Below, in pieces: positions 1 to 8,740 of a stretch of 19,317 bases of DNA (position 1 is its first letter; every line of letters starts with the position of its first letter). The notes under the pieces are model-generated. The model was not told the DNA's origin. It saw only the letters and a program-made list of their open reading frames with translations, and made no database searches. Source of the stretch: Pseudobdellovibrionaceae bacterium (GTDB lineage Bacteria; Bdellovibrionota; Bdellovibrionia; Bdellovibrionales; Bdellovibrionaceae); the NCBI GenBank assembly GCA_041288045.1, contig JBGGMM010000017.1:1-19317 (forward strand), given 5' to 3'. The translations under genes and the position numbers were made by a program.

Positions 1-153
1 CCACAGAGATTGGGACTTTTGCTCAGTGAAAGGCAAGCCCAGAGCTTGATTCAAGCTCAAACCTTTGATTCTGCTTTGAAACTTTCAGACCGCGTGGCAT
101 TTCAAAATGGCGGCTTGGCAGTTCAGTTTTTGGTTTTTTCAAGATCTGTTTAG
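1..153 (+). CDS. 3' end of a CDS entering from the left, possibly a THUMP/RlmL-type RNA methyltransferase
   Basis: Frame 1 is open from base 1 to TAG at 151-153 (PQRLGLLLSERQ...DRVAFQNGGLAVQFLVFSRSV*). The 'F-x-NGG-L-x-V-x-F' ending resembles the C-terminal strand of RlmL/YpsC-like methyltransferases. Only 50 aa are visible. Confidence 0.35.
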   Translation, partial: PQRLGLLLSERQAQSLIQAQTFDSALKLSDRVAFQNGGLAVQFLVFSRSV

Positions 154-204
154 AGTTTTGCAGCTCCCTCGACAATTTTTGCCAGCTCAGGTAAAAGGAT
201 CGGG

Positions 205-1149
205 ATGAAAGCTGCGCTTTATCTCTTTATTTCTGTCGCTCTCACTCTCACAGCCTGCAGTCCGCGGGACCCAGAAATTCTCAGTGAAGAAGAAAAATCC
301 AATCGGGGCCGCAGTTCCAACGCCAGCACCAGAGTTTTTCTGCCAAAAAATCTTGAGCTGGTGATGGCTGAATTGGTCGAATCCCGACAGACACAAGTGA
401 AAGCGCTCTTAGCTAAAGCCGTCAGCTTGGCGGCGATTTCTGAAAAAGTCATTCAGAACGAATGTGAAAAAACCAAACTTGTCGAAAACACGGCCACCAC
501 TAAAAAATTTCGAATTTCCTTTCCTGGGAAATGCCGTCAACAAAAAGCGGATGTTTCAACATCGCGACTGGGCTCTTCTGAAATGACATTGAATTTGGAT
601 CCCAACGGGGCGCTTGAATCCTTCACTTTCACAACTGATTCCTATAAAGACTCGCCGCTCACTGCCTTTGGAATTCAAATGGAAAAAAAAGGAGCCAATG
701 GCAAAAAAATGGACCTGCAAGAGGAGATTCAGTTGCAAGTCCTTCGGCAAGCGGACGGCTCATTTGAAATTCAAGACTTGAAAAGCGACTCTCTTTTGTC
801 CTGGCAAGAAAAAGGCAAGCCCTCTTTCATTCAGATTGTCATGATTTTAGAGGAAGCTCTCATCTCGCAAGAGGGGGCTCTCTTGAATTGGACGATGAAC
901 ACCGAAGCGATTGCTTGGCCCGAGGATGGAGAGAAAACAAAATTTGGTCTTCTGCTGACTTCAAAAAAAGAAGACAAGCAAGTTTTTGATTTCACTTTTC
1001 ACTTCAATGGCTCACCTCGGTCAGGAACTTTGACTTTCAACGAGTCTGAAATTGTCGCCATGACAAAAAACGAAAAGAATAACAAGATCGATAAGTCTTC
1101 AAGAAAGCGCACCAAGTCCGAAGACATGGCTTGGCAAATCTGGCTTTAA
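205..1149 (+). CDS. Hypothetical lipoprotein (314 aa)
   Basis: Long ORF; signal peptide ending in lipobox LTA-C; AAGGA-like RBS upstream; beta-rich mature region with no recognised domain. Confidence 0.8.
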   Translation: MKAALYLFISVALTLTACSPRDPEILSEEEKSNRGRSSNASTRVFLPKNLELVMAELVESRQTQVKALLAKAVSLAAISEKVIQNECEKTKLVENTATTKKFRISFPGKCRQQKADVSTSRLGSSEMTLNLDPNGALESFTFTTDSYKDSPLTAFGIQMEKKGANGKKMDLQEEIQLQVLRQADGSFEIQDLKSDSLLSWQEKGKPSFIQIVMILEEALISQEGALLNWTMNTEAIAWPEDGEKTKFGLLLTSKKEDKQVFDFTFHFNGSPRSGTLTFNESEIVAMTKNEKNNKIDKSSRKRTKSEDMAWQIWL

Positions 1150-1242
1150 TCTTCAACAACCCTAAAAAGTCCTGAAAATTTCAAGACCCTTCCCTCATCG
1201 AAGAATTTACCTTTAAGATCATGCTTTGGGGGGATTCTTTCG

Positions 1243-1557
1243 ATGAAAAATCAGAATTTATTTTTTTTGTTCGGCTGCTCGCTGCTGATCATTGCAGGTT
1301 GCTCAGGCCTTGGTTTGACAGTGATTCATCCAGAGGATCCAGTCGAACAGAATAAGGGAACGATGGCTGTGGATACCAGCGGTGGGCAGGTGAAAGTTGT
1401 TGGCACTTACACTTGTAAGCTGAAATCCATGGGAAATACTTTTTCGGCTGTGGGCAAGACCGAAGCTGAAACCCGCAAAGAGGTTATGGCCAAATGCCAG
1501 GATCGAACCATGATTTCTTCTTGCAAATCTGAAGAAGCCAGCTGTGTGAAAAATTAA
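1243..1557 (+). CDS. Small Cys-containing lipoprotein (104 aa)
   Basis: GGGGGA RBS upstream; hydrophobic N-terminus with lipobox IAG-C; four Cys in the C-terminal domain (YTC...AKC...SSC...ASC). Confidence 0.75.
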   Translation: MKNQNLFFLFGCSLLIIAGCSGLGLTVIHPEDPVEQNKGTMAVDTSGGQVKVVGTYTCKLKSMGNTFSAVGKTEAETRKEVMAKCQDRTMISSCKSEEASCVKN

Positions 1558-1564
1558 GGCGGTC

Positions 1565-2650
1565 CTATTTTCGGGGGACAAGCTCTGCATAAATTGGCAA
1601 GTGATCACTGACCCCGACAGAGCTTTTTGGATTGAATCGGGCTGGTTCTCCATTCATTTCAACTTGGTATTTGCCTTCGGTGGACACTTGAATGCTGGAA
1701 GGGTCCACCTGGTAAGAAGCTTTTCCATCCATCAAATTCGGCGAAAATAAAAGCAAATCAAAAAACGACCAGACACCCTGATGGACCTCTGTTCCTTTGC
1801 AGTCTTTGCAGCCAATCAGATTGGAGACTTTCCACTGAGAGCTCAGAGTTTTTGCTTGCAACTGGTTCACGGCTTCTTCTTTGGCGGAAATATTGGAATC
1901 TCCTCCGGCCACAATCAAAGAAACGGCAGGCTTGGATTTCGCCCACAGGTTCAAACTATTGACGGCATCAACCCGTTGCTGAAGAGGATTGCTTTGAGAG
2001 GGAAAGTGAAAACCAAGGACTGTTAAAGTCTGCCCATCTGGCAATTTGAGTGGCACATCCAAAATGCCTCGAGACAGGGGCTTTTTCCAGTTTTTATCGG
2101 TAGGATCAACCGTGAAAGTCAGGCGCTGGAGCTGAGGCTTTCCAGCCAGCGGCAGGCGGGAGAGAACAGCCACATCAATGCCTCGCGGATCATCGCCCTC
2201 AATCAGAATTTCGGTTTGATAGCCAGCAGCTTGCAGGTACTCCTGATTCCACCTCTTTAAAATCGACAGATTTTCCACTTCTTGAAGAATCAAAATATCA
2301 GGAGCTCCACCGGGAGCGCTGAGAACGGCATCTGCGAGGCGTTTCATCTTGAGTTTGAGTTTGTCCTCGGTCCAATCGTTTTCCAGGCACTCTTCTTGGC
2401 GGTATTCGCTGTCTTGTTTTTCACAAGCCGCTTCGACTGCCAGGTTTCCTTTTTTGGAGCTCAAAGGCAGAAAGGGATAGTCCTGCTTGCCTTCATCATG
2501 TTGAGTGTCGAAAAGATTTTCGACGTTGAAAGACAGGATGGAAATGGCGTCTTTGCTTTTTTCTGTTTTTGGAGTTGATGAGCAGGACAGGTTCAAAAGC
2601 AGAAAAAGAGCAGGAAAAAGAGGACTGATTTTTTGTAAACTCTTCAACAT
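1565..2650 (-). CDS. Endonuclease/exonuclease/phosphatase (EEP) family lipoprotein, probable secreted nuclease
   Basis: Motifs SFNVENLFD, LQEVEN, DPRGIDVA, GGDSN and SDHLP; lipobox NLS-C. ATG at 2650 preferred to TTG at 2653. Confidence 0.9.
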   Translation of the reverse strand: MLKSLQKISPLFPALFLLLNLSCSSTPKTEKSKDAISILSFNVENLFDTQHDEGKQDYPFLPLSSKKGNLAVEAACEKQDSEYRQEECLENDWTEDKLKLKMKRLADAVLSAPGGAPDILILQEVENLSILKRWNQEYLQAAGYQTEILIEGDDPRGIDVAVLSRLPLAGKPQLQRLTFTVDPTDKNWKKPLSRGILDVPLKLPDGQTLTVLGFHFPSQSNPLQQRVDAVNSLNLWAKSKPAVSLIVAGGDSNISAKEEAVNQLQAKTLSSQWKVSNLIGCKDCKGTEVHQGVWSFFDLLLFSPNLMDGKASYQVDPSSIQVSTEGKYQVEMNGEPARFNPKSSVGVSDHLPIYAELVPRK

Positions 2651-2768
2651 CAATGGCCTTTTTTGAGAGGGAAAAACCTTCCGTAGGAATCACCTAAATC
2701 AAACACAATCTCAACTTGAAAAGCTCCTTTTGCTAAAGCATAACTTAATGCAGCAAAAGGGGGCTTTT

Positions 2769-3689
2769 GTGCGGGGAATGTGGGCTCTGTTTCTGACTGT
2801 CAGTGGGTTGGTCTCAATGGCTTGGGCCCAAGAGGGAAGCTTGAGCACCGGAGTTTCTCCGACAAATAATTCCAAATGGGGCCAGAGTTATTTCAGCTTC
2901 ACTGGCACAGACATGCAAGCCGTGAACGATGGTGCCCCCAGCGTCAATATCTACAATTACCTTTCTTTGAATTACAAAAAAAATTCCAGCGAACGCTACA
3001 GCCTGCGCCCGGCTTTTTCCTATAAGACGGCAGGTTTCAGTGGCAATGGAGACCGTCAGGACAGCGAAGTTTATTTGAACGACGCTTACGTGAATTACAG
3101 CAACTATGACTTGGCGTTGTTGCCGGGCGAGTGGGCTCTTTCAGGCCAATTCCGATTTTATTTTCCCACCAGCGAAGGAGCTGCTGAGAAAAAGCAAATT
3201 GGCGAGCTCTATACGGAACTGATTTCTGAAAAACTGCTGGGCCAAGGTTGGGCGATTTCCTATACGACAAAGACCTCTTATTTCCTGCAAAGTCAGAAAG
3301 CTTATCGCTACGAGAAAGTTTATCCGGATGGCGGTAAAAAAATTGAAGCCAGGGCCAATCACTATGGTGAAATGGATCATTACTTCACGCTCAAAAAATT
3401 TCTGAATTCGACTTTTACTCCGGCTGTGGATTTGGGATTGCTGCATGAATGGAATTACACCTCTGAGCAAGTGCGCGGGGGATCGGCTTCCCGCAATCAG
3501 TTGAAAATTGCCCCAAATACTGAGATCCACCTCAACCGCAGTGCTTGGTTTATCTTAGGGATCGAAAATGCCACGGATCTCAATGACACACGTCTGACCA
3601 GTCAATGGGAAGACCGTGATGGGCGGAGCATCAAGTTGTTTCATCCGGAAAACACGCAGTATTACTTGATGACTTTCATTATGCTGTGA
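2769..3689 (+). CDS. Secreted protein, probable outer-membrane beta-barrel
   Basis: Signal peptide ending AWA-Q; alternating aromatic/polar beta strands; amphipathic C-terminal strand YYLMTFIML. GTG at 2769 follows AAGGGGG (ORF track begins at TTG 2730; ATG 2778 also possible). Confidence 0.7.
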   Translation: MRGMWALFLTVSGLVSMAWAQEGSLSTGVSPTNNSKWGQSYFSFTGTDMQAVNDGAPSVNIYNYLSLNYKKNSSERYSLRPAFSYKTAGFSGNGDRQDSEVYLNDAYVNYSNYDLALLPGEWALSGQFRFYFPTSEGAAEKKQIGELYTELISEKLLGQGWAISYTTKTSYFLQSQKAYRYEKVYPDGGKKIEARANHYGEMDHYFTLKKFLNSTFTPAVDLGLLHEWNYTSEQVRGGSASRNQLKIAPNTEIHLNRSAWFILGIENATDLNDTRLTSQWEDRDGRSIKLFHPENTQYYLMTFIML

Positions 3690-3705
3690 TGCCAGAGTCA
3701 TTGCC

Positions 3706-4596
3706 GTGAACCAGTTGAATTATCACCACTTATTTTATTTCAAAGTGATTGCGACTGAGGGGAGCATTTCCAAAGCCGCGCAGAAATTGCGCCTGGGTCA
3801 GCCCACGCTGAGCATGCAGCTCAAGCAATTTGAAGAATTTCTGGGGCATCACCTGTTTGAAAGAAAAAATCGCAGCCTGATTCTCACTGAAATGGGACAA
3901 CTGGTCCTGAGCTACGCCAACGAAATTTTCCGTTTGGGCGATGAGATGATGGATGCTCTGAATGATCGCCCGCACACTCGCAAATTGAAAATTCAAGTCG
4001 GGGCGCTGGATAGTGTGCCCAAAAACCTCATCAAAGCCATCATGGAAAAAGCTTTTGAAACCAAAGACTGCCAGATCGCCGTGCTTGAAGGCGAAGGCCC
4101 CGAGCTGATGGAGGATTTGGTCAATCACCGCTTGGATCTGGTGATTTCCAATGCTTCTCCGCCCTCACTAACGAAAGAGAAGCTCTACGCCAAATCCTTG
4201 GCCAAATTTCCACTGTTCGTTTGTGGGGCGCCGAAATTTGCGTATCTCAAAGATGATTTTCCAAAAAGCTTGCAGGCAGCGCCCTTCATTTTCCCAACCA
4301 TCCACAGTCGGGTCAGAAATGAGATCGAGCACTACATGGAAACCGAACGAATCCATGTCGACATGATCGCCGAAACTCAAGACACCAGCCTTTTAAAAGC
4401 GCTGGCTCGTGATGGGCAGGGTTTGATTGTGATTGCAGAAAATGCTGTGAAAGAAGAATTGGAAAGAGGCACTTTGATCAAGCTGGGCGATTTAGGAACC
4501 AAATACGAAGAGCTCTGGCTGATCTCGGCTCACCGGAAAATTCAAAATCCGGTGGCCAATATGTTGATGAAGGATTTCTCCTTCGACCTTCACTAA
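3706..4596 (+). CDS. LysR-family transcriptional regulator, NhaR-like
   Basis: N-terminal wHTH LNYHHLFYF...EGSISKAAQKLRLGQPTLSMQLKQFEE...LFER; effector domain with HRLDLVIS; C-terminal 'RKIQNPV' typical of the NhaR subfamily. Confidence 0.9.
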   Translation: MNQLNYHHLFYFKVIATEGSISKAAQKLRLGQPTLSMQLKQFEEFLGHHLFERKNRSLILTEMGQLVLSYANEIFRLGDEMMDALNDRPHTRKLKIQVGALDSVPKNLIKAIMEKAFETKDCQIAVLEGEGPELMEDLVNHRLDLVISNASPPSLTKEKLYAKSLAKFPLFVCGAPKFAYLKDDFPKSLQAAPFIFPTIHSRVRNEIEHYMETERIHVDMIAETQDTSLLKALARDGQGLIVIAENAVKEELERGTLIKLGDLGTKYEELWLISAHRKIQNPVANMLMKDFSFDLH

Positions 4597-4600
4597 ATAA

Positions 4601-6328
4601 TTACTGAGTCCCAGGCTGCTTCACTCCACCTGCTCCAGGTGTATTCGTTCCTGTTCCGCCTTCGGATTTAGGAAGGGTCGTCACAGGTATTGTTGTGATC
4701 GGAGTTGTGGGTGTGGGAACTGTTGGTTTTGGTTTGCTCTTGTGATCATTGTCGCGCAAGAAAAGCCAAGCCAAGGCGCCCGCAATGAGGCCACCTGCAA
4801 TCCATGCTCCGGGATTGCAGCGAATTGTATTTTTCTTTGAGCCATCTTTCTTTTCGCACTTATCTTTTTTCGCCACAGGCTTTGGTTTTTCTGGGCAAGA
4901 GAAAGTTGAGTCTTTAAAAAGTGCAGCGCTGTAATCAGGACAGAAGCAATCCCACTGGTCGACGTCCCATTTTCCGCCAGCGTTTTTGCACATGTCGTCT
5001 TCAGCATTCACATGGGCCACAGGGCTTTTGGAAACTACACCGGGTGTCAGTTCGCTGAGCTGCATATACTTGAGCATATCCAGATTTCTTGCGAGCAAAT
5101 CCTTACAAGCTTTGGGTTGATCGCCTGCGCCCTTTTCTCGTCGAATGATTGGCATGCAGACTTCCAGAGCCTGTTTTCGGTAATTGGCAAATGCAATCAT
5201 ATGATCTTGAAAAAGATTGGCGCAATTTGGGTTCACTTTATTTTCGGCATTGAAGCAATCTCTGAGATGTTCAGCAGCATTGCTGTTGTTGCGGTTTTTT
5301 ATTTTGTAATAACTTTCAAGAATTCGGCGGTAAGAAGCGAGTCGCTCAGGAGACCCTTCGACTCCATCCAAAGGGCTTTGCTCTCCGCACATCTGAGTGG
5401 CTTTTTCTGTGAATTCAGGTTGTTCATTTGATTTCAAACAGATCGGTGTCTCGCCTCTGGATCCATAAAAGAGTGGATTGCAGGCTGTATCGCCACCCGA
5501 GGACGAATCGCACAGGCCGTGGAAAGTTTCATTATGAGGGATTTTGCCAGGATAATTTCCAACTGGAAGCGGTCGGCAGCAGAGTCTGCCTGTGCTGGGG
5601 CAGGTTTCATAATTGCTGATGTGGCCGGCGACAACGCAACTGTCGCCCTGAACAACGGACTGAGCCCAGGCGGCTTCGATCAACCAAGGGACAGCTGGTG
5701 ACTGAGCTGTCTTTTTCACTGGGTATTTTTCTTCCATCACTTTTTGCGCGGCTTCAAGAACCAGTCGCATATTGCTCAAGAGTCCCACTCTTTGCAGAGG
5801 GGGCAGCTTGGAGAATTGAGTGAGGGAAGGAAGATCGGAACGGTTGGCTTTCAGGTTCTTCTGTTTTCTGAGGTCTTTGGCGAGCTCTTTGTAGTTGGAA
5901 TCCTTTTCAGCCATTGTCTCAACGAGAAATGGCAAGTGCCGGGCTTCAGTCATTTGGACTTTAGAGCCGTTCAATTGAAACTCATTTGGATTTTTGGGAT
6001 TGAAGGCAAAAGTGAGAGTTTTTCCAGCCTGTGTGAAAATAAAATTGATCGTTTCATTGCCATTTTTGTCTTTGATGATTTGCGCTTGCGGGGTTGGCAA
6101 TTTCGTCTTTCCATTTTCCTCTAACCAAGCTTCAACCACACCCCGGCTTTGATCATCATAGGCCCAGGCATTTTTTCGGTAGAAATCTTCGTAAGTGCCA
6201 GAGAAGGATTTTTTCATGGCCTGGTTCCACTGAGACTTTTGGCTCAGGTCCATGGCGGCCCATGTGACGGGTGAGTAAGCCGAGAGGCAGCTTGCGGTTA
6301 AGGCGAGGGCTAAGCGAAAGCGAATCAT
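4601..6328 (-). CDS. Secreted Cys-rich protein with C-terminal transmembrane anchor (575 aa)
   Basis: GGAG RBS; signal peptide ending TWA-A; 18 Cys after residue 230 including CNPLFYG; TM segment WIAGGLIAGALAWLFL followed by a Pro/Thr-rich tail. Confidence 0.85.
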   Translation of the reverse strand: MIRFRLALALTASCLSAYSPVTWAAMDLSQKSQWNQAMKKSFSGTYEDFYRKNAWAYDDQSRGVVEAWLEENGKTKLPTPQAQIIKDKNGNETINFIFTQAGKTLTFAFNPKNPNEFQLNGSKVQMTEARHLPFLVETMAEKDSNYKELAKDLRKQKNLKANRSDLPSLTQFSKLPPLQRVGLLSNMRLVLEAAQKVMEEKYPVKKTAQSPAVPWLIEAAWAQSVVQGDSCVVAGHISNYETCPSTGRLCCRPLPVGNYPGKIPHNETFHGLCDSSSGGDTACNPLFYGSRGETPICLKSNEQPEFTEKATQMCGEQSPLDGVEGSPERLASYRRILESYYKIKNRNNSNAAEHLRDCFNAENKVNPNCANLFQDHMIAFANYRKQALEVCMPIIRREKGAGDQPKACKDLLARNLDMLKYMQLSELTPGVVSKSPVAHVNAEDDMCKNAGGKWDVDQWDCFCPDYSAALFKDSTFSCPEKPKPVAKKDKCEKKDGSKKNTIRCNPGAWIAGGLIAGALAWLFLRDNDHKSKPKPTVPTPTTPITTIPVTTLPKSEGGTGTNTPGAGGVKQPGTQ

Positions 6329-6340
6329 GGATCCTTCTCC

Positions 6341-6844
6341 TTATTTCTTTTCTTTGGCTGTTTGGGCGCGGCGGACTCCGCCAGCGACCGGGGCTTCATT
6401 GGTCGAAGCGATGGCTCGAGGTGGGGGAGCAGCTCGCATTTGAGTGACGACTGTGGAGCCCGTTTGCTCTTTGTAGAGTGCCGTGTTGCCAGCCAGTTGC
6501 ACTGCTGTGATGGCGACAGTCTCTTTCTTTTTGAGTTTCATTTTTTGTTTGCCGGCCAGGATTTTCAGGTCCTTGGCATTTTTCAAATCCTGAAGGCTCA
6601 GAGTTTTGTTTTCGGTTGTGATCATTTTTTCGGTGCCAGTTTCGGAATTGGAAACCACCCACTGGATTTTCTTTGGCTTGATTTTCAGTTCCAAAGATCC
6701 AGTCATCGAGTGTCCCTCACAAGAAGCGGGGATTCTTTTCTCGCAATCTGTGCAAGCAGAAAAATCCTGAAGCTGGCAAGTCACGAGGGATTCGGCAGAA
6801 CTCATCAGAGGAAGGAAAAAAAGCAAAATGGAAATTGTTTTCAT
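6341..6844 (-). CDS. Hypothetical secreted protein (167 aa)
   Basis: ATG at 6844 with AGGAG RBS overlapping the upstream stop; signal peptide MKTISILLFFLPLMSSA; four N-terminal Cys including CxxC. Confidence 0.8.
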   Translation of the reverse strand: MKTISILLFFLPLMSSAESLVTCQLQDFSACTDCEKRIPASCEGHSMTGSLELKIKPKKIQWVVSNSETGTEKMITTENKTLSLQDLKNAKDLKILAGKQKMKLKKKETVAITAVQLAGNTALYKEQTGSTVVTQMRAAPPPRAIASTNEAPVAGGVRRAQTAKEKK

Positions 6845-6852
6845 ATCAACTC

Positions 6853-8616
6853 CTAAAGCGGGCATTGGTACTCGGCTTTGATCGTTCGGCCAGCAGGGAC
6901 TTTGGGATCAAAGAAAAGAGTTTTGTTTTCAACTCGGGTCGTGGTGGTAAAGGCCGGAGTGACTGTGACTTTCACTGTGCCTCCGATCGGCGCGCATTCC
7001 AAAGGCAAAGACGCCATGTCTTTGACGATTCGATCTTTGAAGTATTTCAAATTGTTCGAATAATCTAGATCACAGATGCTGCCAACACTTCCATTGGTTA
7101 GATTTGAAAGTTCGTTGTACTTGTTGCCGTAATGGGATTTGGCACCCGCTGCATCTTGCTTGCTCATGCAGTCGCTATCACCAGGGCGAACAATGATCGA
7201 ATTGACTGTGAAGCGCTTGGTGTTGCCAAAAACTTCTTTGACGAAATTCACATAAGTCTGCGGCAGATCATCTTGCTCAAGAGCTTTGTACTCTCCAGCG
7301 TAGTATTGCTGAGAGAGATCTCCGCCCACGGATCTTTCGTCTTCATCTGAAAGAACAATCACAGCCAGGCCGGCTTCTTTTCGGTAACAGCCCGAAGCAT
7401 CGGCGTAGCGAGTGTCTCCATTCCAAAGATGCCACCAAGCGGCCTTGATGGCGCGCTCATCATCTGTGCCAGCCCAACCAGCGCCAATTTGATTGATGGT
7501 ATTTTGAAAGACTTGATAAGTGTTTGCAGTCGAAGGCTTTAAAATCCAAGGAGTCGTGCCAGTGACGCCAGCCCACAGACGCGAAGCTCCCCAGTACAAT
7601 TGCGGATCGCTCGAAGTCAGCTGCTGAGCCCGAGTGACTGTTGCACACATTTGCCAATCGAAACCAGCAGTCGAAAGATCAGTCACAAAACCTTGCAGGC
7701 GACTGGCCAGCTTTTGATTATCGGCCAGCATCGAATTGGAATCATCGATGATCAGCTGAACGTCCAAATCGTTGTCCTGAGTCGTGACTTGCTTTGTTGT
7801 CGTCACATTGCGAACCGGCTTTGTCGGCACCACAACCGTCAGCGGCTGAGTGCTTGTGTAGTTGGTGTAGTTGTTCAAAGTCGCTGTCAGGTAAATCAAA
7901 TAAGTGCCGGGGTTTTGCTTGATGAAATCAGGAGTCGCAGTGCAAGTGCTGAGTCCTGGCACAGTGACTGGAGATCCAGAGCGGGTCACAGTCCAAGCAC
8001 AAGAAGCTGTCGTCGGCTGGCAGTTGCCGGTGATTTTAGGATTGGTCGACGTTGGGGTCAAAGTGAGCGAAGTCAAATTGCCATTGATCTTAGGGCTGCA
8101 CTGAACGGCCGGAGGAGTGTTGCTGCCAGTGATGGTCACAGTCAGAGGAGCAGCCGCATTGGTGTAATTGTTATGCTTTTGAGCGGACGCAGTGAGAGTG
8201 ACTTTGTAAACGCCGGCTCCATGAGAAATAAAATCAGGAGTGGAGACAGCCCCTTGAAGGCCGTTCACTGTGACTGGTGAAGCGCCTTTGCTCACTGACC
8301 AAGTGTAGGTGACTTCCGAAGGTGTGCACTCGGCAGTCACAGTCGGATTGCTCGCCCCGGGCAAAGTCAAAGAGACAGACTGCAAATTGTTGTTGAGAAA
8401 AACTTTGCAAGTGATGTCCTTTGGAATCTCTTCGTCAATCGGCCCCGGGTTCGGAATCGTGTTGGGTGTGGGCCCTGGAGGCTCAGGAACAGGATCCGAA
8501 CTTTTGCTGGAGCTGCTAAAGTTGACGTTGTTGCAGGAAAGCGAAGTGCCGACAGTCAACACTGAAACTAGCAGGGCGACCCCGACTCGATGTGAAGAAA
8601 AAAATTTGAATTTCAT
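6853..8616 (-). CDS. vWA/MIDAS-domain lipoprotein with two tandem Ig/PKD-like repeats (587 aa)
   Basis: Lipobox SLS-C28; Pro-rich linker; two ~95-aa repeats; vWA beta1 'DVQLIIDDSNSM' (DxSxS at 7732-7746) and later 'VIVLSDEDE'; GGGAG RBS. Confidence 0.85.
   Translation of the reverse strand: MKFKFFSSHRVGVALLVSVLTVGTSLSCNNVNFSSSSKSSDPVPEPPGPTPNTIPNPGPIDEEIPKDITCKVFLNNNLQSVSLTLPGASNPTVTAECTPSEVTYTWSVSKGASPVTVNGLQGAVSTPDFISHGAGVYKVTLTASAQKHNNYTNAAAPLTVTITGSNTPPAVQCSPKINGNLTSLTLTPTSTNPKITGNCQPTTASCAWTVTRSGSPVTVPGLSTCTATPDFIKQNPGTYLIYLTATLNNYTNYTSTQPLTVVVPTKPVRNVTTTKQVTTQDNDLDVQLIIDDSNSMLADNQKLASRLQGFVTDLSTAGFDWQMCATVTRAQQLTSSDPQLYWGASRLWAGVTGTTPWILKPSTANTYQVFQNTINQIGAGWAGTDDERAIKAAWWHLWNGDTRYADASGCYRKEAGLAVIVLSDEDERSVGGDLSQQYYAGEYKALEQDDLPQTYVNFVKEVFGNTKRFTVNSIIVRPGDSDCMSKQDAAGAKSHYGNKYNELSNLTNGSVGSICDLDYSNNLKYFKDRIVKDMASLPLECAPIGGTVKVTVTPAFTTTTRVENKTLFFDPKVPAGRTIKAEYQCPL
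7828..8415 (-). repeat. Internal tandem duplication of a ~95-aa Ig/PKD-like domain (aa ~68-163 and ~171-263)
   Basis: Shared pattern C...N-x-NL-x-S-x-x-LT...NP-x-(V/I)T-x-x-C-x-P...W-x-V-x-x-x-x-SPVTV-x-GL...TPDFI...G-x-Y...LTA...NYT...PLTV. DNA similarity is still visible (e.g. AAATCAGGAGT in both copies). Confidence 0.85.
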
Positions 8617-8740
8617 GGAACTCCCAATTTGCTATAAGTCCCCGAGAACACTTTTCTTTATTACAGCACAAGAGTGGAAAATGGGGAATTGAAGTCTCCC
8701 ATCTGGACTGGACCAAGGTTTAGAAATCAAATGGGAAATT

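Noticed and set aside
7600..8280. 226-aa plus-strand ORF
   Set aside because: Antisense shadow of the vWA lipoprotein gene with atypical Arg/Ser-rich composition and no RBS.
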